Source: Clostridium sp. (GTDB taxonomy: Bacteria > Bacillota > Clostridia > Oscillospirales > Acutalibacteraceae). From it: a DNA stretch of 64,000 bases. The stretch is taken from positions 159,098 through 223,097 of the forward strand of contig JAISSW010000016.1 of NCBI GenBank assembly GCA_031272895.1. The letters are read 5' to 3'. This document shows positions 32,478 through 41,499 of this stretch, one piece after another. A program made the position numbers and the translations under genes. Positions within the stretch are counted from its first letter, which is position 1, and each line of letters opens with the position of its first letter. Below the pieces are notes generated by a model. That model did not search any database, had not been told where the DNA came from, and worked only from the letters and a program-made list of their open reading frames with translations.

Positions 32478-33638
32478 ATGAGAAAGGCTGTAACAGCTTT
32501 GGCGGTGCTTTCGCTGTTCGTGGCGCTGTGCTTCCCGGTGCTTGGGCTGAGCGCCGAGGACGGCTATTATTCCGCGGACGGCGAGGGGCTGTTTGAGCGC
32601 CAGGCTCAGGAGAGCGGCGCCGCCTCCCTTTATGGTGAGCTGCCCTCCAAAACACGCCGCCTGCTCGCGGAGCTTGGTATTGAAAGCGTGGACTTTTACA
32701 GCCTGCTGAACAGCTCCCCGCGCTCGGTCATAAGCCTGCTGATGAATATGCTTGGCGGGCAGGCGACCGTGCCGCTGAAAACAATGCTGCAGCTTGGCGG
32801 GATTCTGCTTTTGCTTGCGGCGGCGCAGGCTTTGGTTCCTAAGGGCGACAGCCTGCACGACAGCCTGCGGCTGCTTGGGGCGGCTCTCATGCTTGTTTCC
32901 CTTATTGGTCCGATGTCCGCTGTTTTTTCGGCAAGCGCCTCGGCAATCGGCATTGGAGCGGACTTCATGCTGCTGCTGCTGCCGGTTTACACGGGCATTA
33001 TTGCGGCAAACGGTCAACCAAGCCTGGCTCTTGGCAGCAGCACGCTGGCCTTTGCGGCGGCTCAGGGGCTTGCGCAGTTTTCCAAGGGCTTTGTCGTCCC
33101 GTTCTGTGGAATGTTCGCCGCCTTAGGCTCCATAGGCTCCTTTGTGCCGGAGCTTGAGCTGAACTCCCTTACAAAAATGGTACGGCGGCTGGCAATCGGC
33201 GTAACAACGGCGGCGGCCTCTCTTTACGCGGCGCTGCTTTCGCTCAAGGGTGTGCTGGCAAACGCGGCGGACAGTGTTGGCGCAAGGGGTATTCAGCTGC
33301 TGTTAAAGTCGGCGGTGCCGGTTGTTGGCGGGGCGCTGAGCGAGGCATACGCGTCAATTGCGGGCAGCCTTTCGCTGTTAAAAAGCACCGTTGGGGTTTT
33401 TGCAATCCTTGCCGTGCTGCTGATAAACGCGCCCGTGCTTATTCAGGCGCTGTTGTGGCTTGGCGGGCTGCGTATGCTGGCCGCCGCGGCGGGTATGCTC
33501 GGAGTAGAAAGCATTGCCGCCCTGCTTGAGGCAATCGCCGCCGCGGTGACACTGCTTGCCGTGCTGGTGCTGTTCGGCGTGGTTCTGCTGCTGCTGAGCG
33601 TGGGCGTGACGCTGAGCCTGCGGCAAGCCCCTGTTTAA
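32478..33638 (+). CDS. spoIIIAE: Stage III sporulation protein AE
   Basis: 386 aa with a signal peptide followed by multiple TM segments. Its position and size fit SpoIIIAE. Confidence 0.8.
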   Translation: MRKAVTALAVLSLFVALCFPVLGLSAEDGYYSADGEGLFERQAQESGAASLYGELPSKTRRLLAELGIESVDFYSLLNSSPRSVISLLMNMLGGQATVPLKTMLQLGGILLLLAAAQALVPKGDSLHDSLRLLGAALMLVSLIGPMSAVFSASASAIGIGADFMLLLLPVYTGIIAANGQPSLALGSSTLAFAAAQGLAQFSKGFVVPFCGMFAALGSIGSFVPELELNSLTKMVRRLAIGVTTAAASLYAALLSLKGVLANAADSVGARGIQLLLKSAVPVVGGALSEAYASIAGSLSLLKSTVGVFAILAVLLINAPVLIQALLWLGGLRMLAAAAGMLGVESIAALLEAIAAAVTLLAVLVLFGVVLLLLSVGVTLSLRQAPV

Positions 33639-33653
33639 TCTTGGAGGTGCTGT

Positions 33654-34112
33654 ATGGAATTTGTAAGGAGCTGGCTGCTTTCAATCACGGCGGCGGCGCT
33701 GGCGGGTATGCTGGTTTATGTGCTTGCCCCAAAGGGCGGAACAAAAAAGGCGCTGCGCGTGGTGACGGCGGTGTTCTTTTTGGCGGCATTCTTTTTGCCC
33801 TTCGGCAGGCTTGAGCTTGACGGGCTTAGCCTGCCGGAAATTGAGGAAAACGCTGCTTTTCAGAGCAGCTCCTTGGCGCTGGAGGAGTTGGTTAACGAGC
33901 AGATACTCGGGGCGCGCAAGGACGCCGTTTCGCTGATTATTAACAGGGAGCTGGAGAGTCTGGGGCTGCCGCAGGCACAGCTTGAGTTCATTGCCGGCGG
34001 CGCGGAGCTTGAGGCAGTGGAGGTAACCGGGCTCAGCGCCGGGCTTTGCGTCGGGCTTGAGCATGAAATTACCCGGCAAACGGGGCTCGAAGTAAAGGTG
34101 GTGGCAAAATGA
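33654..34112 (+). CDS. spoIIIAF: Stage III sporulation protein AF
   Basis: 152 aa with two N-terminal TM segments (WLLSITAAALAGMLVYVLAP). Assigned by operon position. Confidence 0.75.
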   Translation: MEFVRSWLLSITAAALAGMLVYVLAPKGGTKKALRVVTAVFFLAAFFLPFGRLELDGLSLPEIEENAAFQSSSLALEELVNEQILGARKDAVSLIINRELESLGLPQAQLEFIAGGAELEAVEVTGLSAGLCVGLEHEITRQTGLEVKVVAK

Positions 34113-34666
34113 AGGGCTTAAAGGTATTTTGGGAAAAACTGCCGCAGGGACTGCGCGGCGATAAAAGGCTTGCTCTTATTGTAGGGCTTTGCGTGCTTGG
34201 GGTTCTTCTGCTCGTCCTATCCGCTTTGCCCGGCGGCAAGCAGGACACCGACAACACGGCACAAGCAGCACCGCAAATAAGCTCCTACGACGTGAGTGAT
34301 TACGTCACGCGGCTGGAGGAGCGGCTTTGCGCCCTGCTTGGGGAGATTGACGGCGCGGGGAAAGCAAGGGTCATGCTCACGCTGGAAAGCGGCACGCAGG
34401 AGGTCTATGCCGGTGATGAGCGGCAAAAAACCAGCAGCTCCGCACAGGGCGCAAGCAGCGAAAATGACTTTGAATACATAACCATAAAAGCAAAGGACGG
34501 CAGCGAGCAGGGGCTGCTGCTGACCATTGTGCAGCCGCGGGTGCGCGGCGTTGCCGTTGTGTGTGAGGGCGGCGGCAGCGCCCTTGTTCAGGCGGCGGTA
34601 ATCCAGGCTGTTACGGCCGTGCTGGACGTGAGCGCGGCAAGGGTGAGCGTGAGCAAAATGGGATAG
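34109..34666 (+). CDS. spoIIIAG: Stage III sporulation protein AG
   Basis: 185 aa with one N-terminal TM segment. The C-terminal ring-forming region is PRVRGVAVVCEGG...AVTAVLDV. ATGA overlap with spoIIIAF. Confidence 0.8.
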   Translation: MKGLKVFWEKLPQGLRGDKRLALIVGLCVLGVLLLVLSALPGGKQDTDNTAQAAPQISSYDVSDYVTRLEERLCALLGEIDGAGKARVMLTLESGTQEVYAGDERQKTSSSAQGASSENDFEYITIKAKDGSEQGLLLTIVQPRVRGVAVVCEGGGSALVQAAVIQAVTAVLDVSAARVSVSKMG

Positions 34667-34728
34667 GCATATTTTGCCGCCTTGCCGTCTATAATCATAT
34701 GACGGCATAAACAAAAGGAGAGAGCATT

Positions 34729-35286
34729 ATGTTTAACTCAAAAAAACGGAACCTGCTTTTGGCGACCTTAGTGGTGGCGCTTGCCTGCGCGGTTTTTGTT
34801 AATTGGTATTATACCCGCCCGCCCGCGGACGAGGAAGCCGCCGCGCAAACCACAAGAACAGGCGGGGCAAGTCTTGGCGACGCACAGTATGTAGGCTCAA
34901 TGAGCGAGGAAGAGGAGGCTATTGCGGCAAACGCCAGCGCGGAATATTTTGCCTCAGCGAAGCTGCGCCGCCAAACCGCCCAGGATAAAGCCAAGGAAGC
35001 CCTCGGCAAGGTTATTGCGGACAGCAAGGCAAGCAAGGAAAGCGTGGAGAGCGCAAACAAAGCCCTTGCCTCCCTTGCCGCAACAATAAAAAAGGAGGCT
35101 GACATTGAAAACCTTATCAGCGCAAAAATCGGCGGCGATTGTGTTGTTATTATCAATGACGACGGGGTTGAGGTCATTGTTGAGGGCGGCAGGCTGAACG
35201 ACCAAAGCGCCCTGCAAATCAAGGATATTTGCGTCAAGCAGACCAAGCTGCCCGCAAGCTCCGTGACCATTGTTGAACAAAAATAG
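34729..35286 (+). CDS. spoIIIAH: Stage III sporulation protein AH
   Basis: 185 aa with an N-terminal TM segment. A Lys/Ala-rich linker and a C-terminal domain follow. It is the last gene of the operon. RBS AAAGGAGAG. Confidence 0.75.
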   Translation: MFNSKKRNLLLATLVVALACAVFVNWYYTRPPADEEAAAQTTRTGGASLGDAQYVGSMSEEEEAIAANASAEYFASAKLRRQTAQDKAKEALGKVIADSKASKESVESANKALASLAATIKKEADIENLISAKIGGDCVVIINDDGVEVIVEGGRLNDQSALQIKDICVKQTKLPASSVTIVEQK

Positions 35287-35295
35287 CCCGCTGCT

Positions 35296-36534
35296 TCAAG
35301 CAAGCAGGCTGAGGATTTTCTCCGCGCAGTCCTCCGCCGTGCCGCGGTTATCCACCTCTAAGTCGGCGGTTTGGGCATAAAGGGCCTTGCGCTCCTCCCA
35401 AAGCCGCCGTGCCGCCCCTCCTTGGGACAGCGGCCGCCCGTCGGTGGCAAGCTCCTCCAGCGGGCGGCGCAGCCAAACCACCCGGCTGTTGAACCGCAGG
35501 GCGGTTCGGTTTTTCTCCCGAAGGATTGCCCCGCCGCCGGCGGCTATCACCCGTCCTCCGCTCGCGCACAGCTCGGCAAGCACCTCGCTTTCCAGCCCGC
35601 GGAAATATGCCTCGCCGTGTTCGGCAAAAATACGCGGAATATCCATGCCGGCGCGGCGCTCAAGCTCCTCGTCGGCGTCCGCGAAGTCAAGCCCCGCTTT
35701 TGCCGCAAGCAAGCGCCCAACTGTGCTTTTCCCGCAGCCCGGCATACCAATCAGGGCAATGCCGCGGCGTTTTTTTGTCAGCTCCGCAAGGGCGCGCGCA
35801 ATGTTTTTCTCGGCGCCGTCCTCCCCTTGCCCAAACCATATTCTTCTTGAGTATTCCGCTTGGGCGGCAAGCATTGGCAGCCCACCCGCCGCTGGGATTC
35901 CCAAAAGCTGCGCCTGCTGCAAAAGACGGGTGCGCAGGGGGTTATATATCACATCCGCAACCCCGCCGCAATGCGGAAAGGCTCGCAGGTCTATCAGCGG
36001 CTCGTCGCCGCAGTGCGGGAACATACCCACCGGGGTAGTGTTTATTATCCGCGTATAATCCGCAAAGCGCGGCAGCATATCATAGCGGTTTTCTCCTTTG
36101 CGGGAAATAACCGTTGTTTTTTCAGCACCCATTTCCCATACGGCTCGGCACACCGCCTTGGAAGCCCCCCCGTCGCCCAGGACAAGCACCCTCTCCCCCG
36201 CAAAGCCAATGCCCGAAAGCCTGCAGGCATAAATAAAGCCGGCGCAATCCGTGTTATCCCCAAAAAGGCTTCCGTCGCCGCGGCGGACAAGCGTGTTCAC
36301 CGCCCCAATTACCCGCGCCCTTTCGCTGATTTCCCCGCAAAAGGGAATAACCGCCTGCTTATAGGGTATGGTTACATTCAGTCCCTTGAAATCGCCGGCA
36401 AGCAAAAAGCTGCCCAGCCTCTCAGGCTCCAGCTCCACAAGGGAATAGCCGTAATCGCCCAAGCCGGCGTGCAGCTCAGGCGAGCAGGAATGCTTAAGGC
36501 TGCGTCCAATCAGCCCGTATTCAAGCCCCGGCAT
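35296..36534 (-). CDS. aroE: Bifunctional shikimate dehydrogenase / shikimate kinase (AroE-AroK fusion)
   Basis: The N-terminal ~270 aa look like AroE (GLIGRSLKHSCSP, GLNVTIPYKQ, GAVNT, GDNTD, LGDGGASKA). The C-terminal ~150 aa look like AroK (IALIGMPGCGKSTVGRLLA..., AAGGGAI). It is one uninterrupted ORF. Confidence 0.85.
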   Translation of the reverse strand: MPGLEYGLIGRSLKHSCSPELHAGLGDYGYSLVELEPERLGSFLLAGDFKGLNVTIPYKQAVIPFCGEISERARVIGAVNTLVRRGDGSLFGDNTDCAGFIYACRLSGIGFAGERVLVLGDGGASKAVCRAVWEMGAEKTTVISRKGENRYDMLPRFADYTRIINTTPVGMFPHCGDEPLIDLRAFPHCGGVADVIYNPLRTRLLQQAQLLGIPAAGGLPMLAAQAEYSRRIWFGQGEDGAEKNIARALAELTKKRRGIALIGMPGCGKSTVGRLLAAKAGLDFADADEELERRAGMDIPRIFAEHGEAYFRGLESEVLAELCASGGRVIAAGGGAILREKNRTALRFNSRVVWLRRPLEELATDGRPLSQGGAARRLWEERKALYAQTADLEVDNRGTAEDCAEKILSLLA

Positions 36535-36537
36535 TAC

Positions 36538-37398
36538 TCAAAGCTCCATTTCCTCAAAAAGCTGCGGGATTGCAAAGCCGTCCTCCCCGCGCTCCACGCA
36601 CAAAAAGCGGGTGGTGTTTTCCTCGCTGTCCTGAATATCCCTTGCAAGGATTTGAAGCCCGTAAAGCTCCGCGCATTCCGGTGAGGCTATTGCCGCGCAC
36701 TCAAGGCTATCACCCTGCGCAACCTCCCGCGCCGCCACCGCCGTGTTGGCGCACTCCTTCAGCTCCGCGCCGTTGAGCTTAGACAGGAAGCCACCGCACT
36801 GCCCGAGCGCCTGCGGGTGTGACACCACCGTGCGGATTCCCTCTATGGCGGCTCCCGGCTTTGCCAACAGGCAGTGCCCGACCTTAAGCCTTATTGCCCT
36901 GACCACACGGAAGCGGTATTGCCCCAATAGCTCCCGCACCTCCGCAACGGAGCCGGCGGTGCTGTTTTCCACGGGCACAATACCGTACTGGCAGAGTCCC
37001 TGCTCAACAGCGGAAAAAACGCCCGCAAAGCTGCGGAAAAAAAGTATGTTCGGCTCATTAAAAACGGCAAGGCAGGCCGCATGGGAAAACGCCCCGTCGG
37101 TTCCTTGGCAGGCAACCGTAGCCCCCCGCGGAGTATCCGACAAAAGCAGGCTGCGCTGGTAGCTGCGGCTTAGCGCAAGCACCGTTTCCATAAAGGCGTC
37201 GCCGTATTGGGCAAGCTGCGGCGGCAAAAGCGACGCAAAGCGTTCCTTTACCTGCCTTTCCCGCTCGGAATCCAAAACGGGCACGCCGCCGCGCTTTGCT
37301 TCGGCTACAAGCCGCGCAAAACCCATACGGCGGGCAAAAAGCCCCGCAAGCTCCGCGTCCAAGGTGTCAATTTCTTTCCTCAGCTCAGGCAAATCCAT
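36538..37398 (-). CDS. pheA: Chorismate mutase / prephenate dehydratase (P-protein)
   Basis: The N-terminus has a chorismate mutase helix (LRKEIDTLDAELAGLFARRM). A prephenate dehydratase domain follows (VACQGTDGAFSHAA, VPVENSTAGSV) and then an ACT-like C-terminus. I prefer the ATG at 37398 (RBS GGGGGA). Confidence 0.85.
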   Translation of the reverse strand: MDLPELRKEIDTLDAELAGLFARRMGFARLVAEAKRGGVPVLDSERERQVKERFASLLPPQLAQYGDAFMETVLALSRSYQRSLLLSDTPRGATVACQGTDGAFSHAACLAVFNEPNILFFRSFAGVFSAVEQGLCQYGIVPVENSTAGSVAEVRELLGQYRFRVVRAIRLKVGHCLLAKPGAAIEGIRTVVSHPQALGQCGGFLSKLNGAELKECANTAVAAREVAQGDSLECAAIASPECAELYGLQILARDIQDSEENTTRFLCVERGEDGFAIPQLFEEMEL

Positions 37399-37416
37399 GG
37401 TGTGTTCCCCCAAAAT

Positions 37417-38250
37417 TTATTCGCTCCGCCGCGGCAAGGCCGCCCGCAGCTTCGCTGTTCCCCAGCAAACAAGATATACCGCAAGGTTACACATAACAAT
37501 GCTTGCCCCCGCGGGCGTACCCAAAAACCAAGACGCCGCAAGCCCCGCCCCAAAGCCAAGCAGGGCAAACGCCACCGCTCCCAGCGTCACCGCACGGTAG
37601 CTGCCAAAGCTGCGCATTGCCGCAAGCGGCGGAAACAATATCAGCGCGGAGATTAGCAGCGCACCCATGAGGCGCATACCAAGCACCACAACGGCGGCGG
37701 TTAGGGCGGCAAGCACCGCCCCGCTCAACCCCGCCGGCAAGCCCGCGGCACGGGCAAAGGGCTCGTCAAAGCTGACGGCAAAAAGCTGGTGATAAAATAT
37801 TGCGTAAAGCAGCAGCACAAGCACCGCCAAGCCCTCGCTGAGAATTGTATCCTGGCGCGAGAGAGCAAGTAGGCTGCCGAAAAGGTAGCTGTTAAGGTCC
37901 GCGTTTGCCCCTTTTAGGGACAGCACCAACACTCCCGCCGCCAAAGCGCTGACCGAAAGCAGCGCCACAGCGGAATCCCCGCCGAGCTTTCCCTTGCCGC
38001 CGAAGCGCAAAAGCAAAATTGCCGCCAAAACGGTGATGGGTATTGCCGCCCAAAGCGGCGCTAGCCCCAAAGCGGAGGACACTGCCAAAGCGCCAAATGC
38101 CGTGTGGGAAAGCCCGTCGCCAATCATGCTGTAGCGCTTAAGCACAAGGTTAACACCCAACAGGGCGGCGCATACGGCAACACAGACCCCCGCCGTCATG
38201 GCGCGCAGGAGGAAAGGATAATCCTTAAGGGCTGACAGGAATTCAGACAC
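37417..38250 (-). CDS. Metal (Zn/Mn/Fe) ABC transporter permease, ABC-3 (ZnuB/TroC-like) family
   Basis: Polytopic protein. The segments YPFLLRAMTAGVCVAVCAALLGVNLVLKRYSMIGDGLSHTAFGALA are typical of the ABC-3 family. The start is either GTG 38250 (RBS GGAGAG) or the track TTG 38265. Confidence 0.7.
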   Translation of the reverse strand: MSEFLSALKDYPFLLRAMTAGVCVAVCAALLGVNLVLKRYSMIGDGLSHTAFGALAVSSALGLAPLWAAIPITVLAAILLLRFGGKGKLGGDSAVALLSVSALAAGVLVLSLKGANADLNSYLFGSLLALSRQDTILSEGLAVLVLLLYAIFYHQLFAVSFDEPFARAAGLPAGLSGAVLAALTAAVVVLGMRLMGALLISALILFPPLAAMRSFGSYRAVTLGAVAFALLGFGAGLAASWFLGTPAGASIVMCNLAVYLVCWGTAKLRAALPRRSE

Positions 38251-38380
38251 GGCGACTCTCCGCAATAAGAATGTGTTAACCTAAAGTATACCAAATTCGC
38301 GGGATAATTGCAATCAGCTATTGCGTTTGCGGCGCTGCGGGAGTATAATTGTTGCAAAACAAAAAAACAGGGGAAAAACA

Positions 38381-40126
38381 ATGCTTAAAATAAACGGGGA
38401 TTCCTTTGAGCTGGACGGCAAGCCTTTCAAAATCTACAGCGGGGCAATGCACTATTTCCGCACCCTGCCGCAGCAGTGGGAGGACCGCCTGAGCAAGCTT
38501 GCGGCCTGCGGCTTTAACTGTGTGGAAACCTATGTTTGCTGGAACCTGCACGAACCGAAGAAAGGCGTGTTTAATTTTGAGGGTCTGCTGGATATTGCCC
38601 GTTTCCTTAAAACGGCCAAGGAGCTGGGACTTTACGCCATAGTTCGCCCCGGACCATACATTTGCGCCGAGTGGGAGTTCGGTGGTCTGCCGGCGTGGCT
38701 GCTCGCCGACGACGCCCTGCGTCTGCGCAGCAGTGAGCCGCGCTACCTTGCGCACGTTCGTGATTTTTTTGCAAGGCTGCTGCCGATTCTCGCACCGCTG
38801 CAGCTGCATAGGGGCGGGAACATTATAGCCGTGCAAATAGAAAATGAATACGGCAGCTTTGGCAACGACCATGAATACTTAAAAGAAATTGAGAAAATGC
38901 TGCGCGGCGGCGGACTTGACTGCCTGCTTATCACCTCCGACGGAACTGATTCCAATATGCTTTCCGGCGGAACTCTGCCCCATATCCACAAAACCGCAAA
39001 CTTCGGCTCCGCGGCGGGGCGCAACTTTGCCGCTCTGCGCAAAATGCAGCCAAACGGTCCGCTTATGTGCATGGAATTTTGGGACGGCTGGTTTGACCAT
39101 TACGGTGAAATGCACCATGTGCGCCCGGCAAGGCATTTTGTCGCCTCCTTTAAGGAGCTGCTGGAAACGGGCGCTGATTTTAACGTGTATATGTTCCACG
39201 GAGGGACTAACTTCGGTTACATGGGCGGGGCAAACCACAGCGGCAGGAAGTACCAGCCCACGGTCACAAGCTATGACTACGACGCCCTGCTGACGGAGTG
39301 GGGCGGCTACACAAAAAAATATCATCTCACCCGCAAAATGCTCTGCGCTCACCGCTCAATTGCCCCCCCTCCCCTGCCGCCGCAGGGCAGCCCGAAAGCC
39401 TACGGCACGGTGTCCTTAGACGAATACGCGGATGTTTTTTCAAGCCTTGAGGGCAGGCTTGAGCCGCAAAAAAGCGTTACGCCCGAATACATGGAGAAAT
39501 TCGGGCAAAATTACGGGCTTATACTCTACCGCCACCGCCTTGAGGGGGAATACCGCGGAAAGCTGTTTGTGGACGGGCTGCACGACAGGGCTTGGGTCTT
39601 TGCGGACGGGCGGCACATGGGTACCCTTTGGCGCGGCGATAGCGGAGGCGTTGAGCTTGGTACGCTTGGCGAGTGCACAATTGACGTGCTGGTGGAGGGC
39701 ATGGGACGGGTTAACTATGGTCCCAAGCTGCCGTTTGACCGCAAGGGGGCGGCACAAATCCGCATTGGCAACCAGCTGCTGTTTGGCTGGCAGATTTTTC
39801 CGCTTGAGGACTTCTGCGAGGAGCTGCAGGGCAAGGGCTCGGCTTACCAAAAAGGAACGCCCGGCTCGGCTCCCTGCTTTCTGCGCGGCAGCTTCAGTGC
39901 GCAGGAAAAGGCCGATACCTTCGTTCAGCTCAAGGGCTTCACAAAGGGCTTTGTGTGGGTGAATGGCTTTATGCTGGGGCGCTATTGGTCAATCGGTCCG
40001 CAGCAGACGCTGTATTTGCCCGCGCCGCTGCTTAAGGACGAGAACAGCATAACCGTGCTGGAGCTTGAAAAACTGCCGACTCACCCCGCCGTTGAGCTTG
40101 TTGCAAAGCCAAGGCTGCACCGCTGA
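38381..40126 (+). CDS. Beta-galactosidase, glycoside hydrolase family 35
   Basis: ATG at 38381 (MLKINGDSFELDGKPFKIYSGAMHYFR). The GH35 hallmarks are NCVETYVCWNLHEP, RPGPYICAEWEFGGLP and IAVQIENEYG. Confidence 0.85.
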   Translation: MLKINGDSFELDGKPFKIYSGAMHYFRTLPQQWEDRLSKLAACGFNCVETYVCWNLHEPKKGVFNFEGLLDIARFLKTAKELGLYAIVRPGPYICAEWEFGGLPAWLLADDALRLRSSEPRYLAHVRDFFARLLPILAPLQLHRGGNIIAVQIENEYGSFGNDHEYLKEIEKMLRGGGLDCLLITSDGTDSNMLSGGTLPHIHKTANFGSAAGRNFAALRKMQPNGPLMCMEFWDGWFDHYGEMHHVRPARHFVASFKELLETGADFNVYMFHGGTNFGYMGGANHSGRKYQPTVTSYDYDALLTEWGGYTKKYHLTRKMLCAHRSIAPPPLPPQGSPKAYGTVSLDEYADVFSSLEGRLEPQKSVTPEYMEKFGQNYGLILYRHRLEGEYRGKLFVDGLHDRAWVFADGRHMGTLWRGDSGGVELGTLGECTIDVLVEGMGRVNYGPKLPFDRKGAAQIRIGNQLLFGWQIFPLEDFCEELQGKGSAYQKGTPGSAPCFLRGSFSAQEKADTFVQLKGFTKGFVWVNGFMLGRYWSIGPQQTLYLPAPLLKDENSITVLELEKLPTHPAVELVAKPRLHR

Positions 40127-40150
40127 CTTTACGCTTATAGGCAAACAAAA

Positions 40151-40190
40151 GGGCTGCTCCCGTGGCAGGGGGCAGCCCAAGTCTTTTCTC
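40151..40190. terminator. Bidirectional intrinsic terminator between convergent genes
   Basis: Stem GGGCTGCTCCC/GGGGGCAGCCC with one G-U pair. It is flanked by AAACAAAA on one side and AGTCTTTTCTC on the other. Confidence 0.6.
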
Positions 40191-40196
40191 TATCCG

Positions 40197-41330
40197 TTAA
40201 CGTAAGGCTTGCTCTAAGTCCGCAATCAGGTCGTCCGCGTCCTCAATCCCAACGGAAAGCCGCAGCAGACGGTCGCTTATACCCAGGCTTGCTCGAACCT
40301 CCTCCGGCACGTCCGCGTGGGTTTGCCTTATCGGGTAAGTCATCAGGCTTTCAACCCCGCCAAGGGACTCCGCAAAGCTGATTAGCTTAAGCTTGCCCAA
40401 AATCGCCGCCGCCCGCTCGGCGCTGTCCACATCAAAGGAGAGCATTGCCCCAAAGCCGCTCGCCTGCCTTTGGCTTATTTGGTAGCCCTCAGAGCTTGGC
40501 AGACCGGCGTAGCGCACCGCAGTGACCTCAGCGCGGCTGCTTAGCCATTCGGCTATTTTTAGTGCGTTTGCCTGAGCCTTTTCCATGCGCAGGGCAAGGG
40601 TTTTTATGCCTCGGATTAACAGGTAGCTTTCCCACGGGGCAAGTATTGCCCCCGTTGTTTTGTAAAGCAGGCGCAGCTTTTCGGAAAGCTCCGTGCCGCG
40701 CAGCGCCAAAAAGCCCGCCAAGGCGTCGTTGTGTCCGCCAAGGTATTTGGTTCCGCTATGGATAACAATATCCGCACCCAAATTCAGCGGCCGGCAAAAA
40801 TACGGCGTCAGAAAGGTGTTATCCACCGCAAGCAGAATCCCGCGCCCCCTCAGCAGCTGCGCCAAGGCGCTTATGTCCGTAATGTGCATCATTGGGTTGC
40901 TGGGGCTTTCCACCAGCACAAGCCGTGTGTTTTCCGTCATTGCGGCGCTGACAGCCTGTAAATCCCCTGTGTCAAGATAGGTGACGCCCAAGCCGTGCTT
41001 TTTGCCAAGCGAATCAAGCAGACGTACGGAGCCGCCGTAAAGGTCGTCTGAGGCTATTACCTCGTCGCCGGGCCCAAGCAGCTCCAAAAGGCAGCTTATT
41101 GCCGCCATTCCGCTGGAAAACGCAAGGCTGTCCTCGGCGTCCTCCAGAGCGGCCACAAGCTGCTCCAGCGCCTGCCGCGTTGGGTTCTGTTGGCGGGAAT
41201 AATCGTAGCCCGTCGTTTCCCCCAAGGCGGGGTGTGCAAAGGTTGCGCACTGATAAACCGGCACTGTTACCGCGCCTGTGGTGTTGTTTGCGTCCGTGCA
41301 ACCGTGGACGCAAAGGGTTTGCCGCCGCAT
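40197..41330 (-). CDS. metC: PLP-dependent trans-sulfuration enzyme (cystathionine beta-lyase / gamma-synthase family)
   Basis: 377 aa. Motifs: YSRQQNPT, SSGMAAI and SGTKYLGGHND (PLP lysine). RBS AAGGAG. The exact substrate specificity cannot be decided from the sequence. Confidence 0.75.
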   Translation of the reverse strand: MRRQTLCVHGCTDANNTTGAVTVPVYQCATFAHPALGETTGYDYSRQQNPTRQALEQLVAALEDAEDSLAFSSGMAAISCLLELLGPGDEVIASDDLYGGSVRLLDSLGKKHGLGVTYLDTGDLQAVSAAMTENTRLVLVESPSNPMMHITDISALAQLLRGRGILLAVDNTFLTPYFCRPLNLGADIVIHSGTKYLGGHNDALAGFLALRGTELSEKLRLLYKTTGAILAPWESYLLIRGIKTLALRMEKAQANALKIAEWLSSRAEVTAVRYAGLPSSEGYQISQRQASGFGAMLSFDVDSAERAAAILGKLKLISFAESLGGVESLMTYPIRQTHADVPEEVRASLGISDRLLRLSVGIEDADDLIADLEQALR

Positions 41331-41360
41331 ATTGGCTCCTTGCCGACTAAAATGATAGGT

Positions 41361-41389
41361 ATTTTAGCATATTCCGCGCGATTTGTCAA
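41361..41389 (-). promoter_or_regulatory. Consensus sigma-A promoter for the trans-sulfuration gene (TTGACA-17 bp-TAAAAT)
   Basis: On the minus strand the sequence reads TTGACAaatcgcgcggaatatgcTAAAAT. The leader is only about 25-30 nt. Confidence 0.6.
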
Positions 41390-41426
41390 TTTGCGGCGCC
41401 AAAAAACGACGGATTTGTGCAGGTGC

Positions 41427-41455
41427 TTGCAAATACGGCGGGTTTATGCTAAAAT
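41427..41455 (+). promoter_or_regulatory. Sigma-A promoter for the GPH symporter gene (TTGCAA-17 bp-TAAAAT)
   Basis: TTGCAA at 41427-41432 and TAAAAT at 41450-41455. It lies back-to-back with the divergent promoter. Confidence 0.55.
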
Positions 41456-41499
41456 ACTGTGGGTTATTGAACAAAATATTTTTTAGGGGGCTTGCACGC

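Noticed and set aside
41331-41499. S-box (SAM) riboswitch or T-box leader upstream of the trans-sulfuration gene.
   Set aside because: A consensus promoter leaves only a leader of about 25-30 nt. The 169-bp region is fully accounted for by two back-to-back promoters, which leaves no room for a riboswitch of 100 nt or more.
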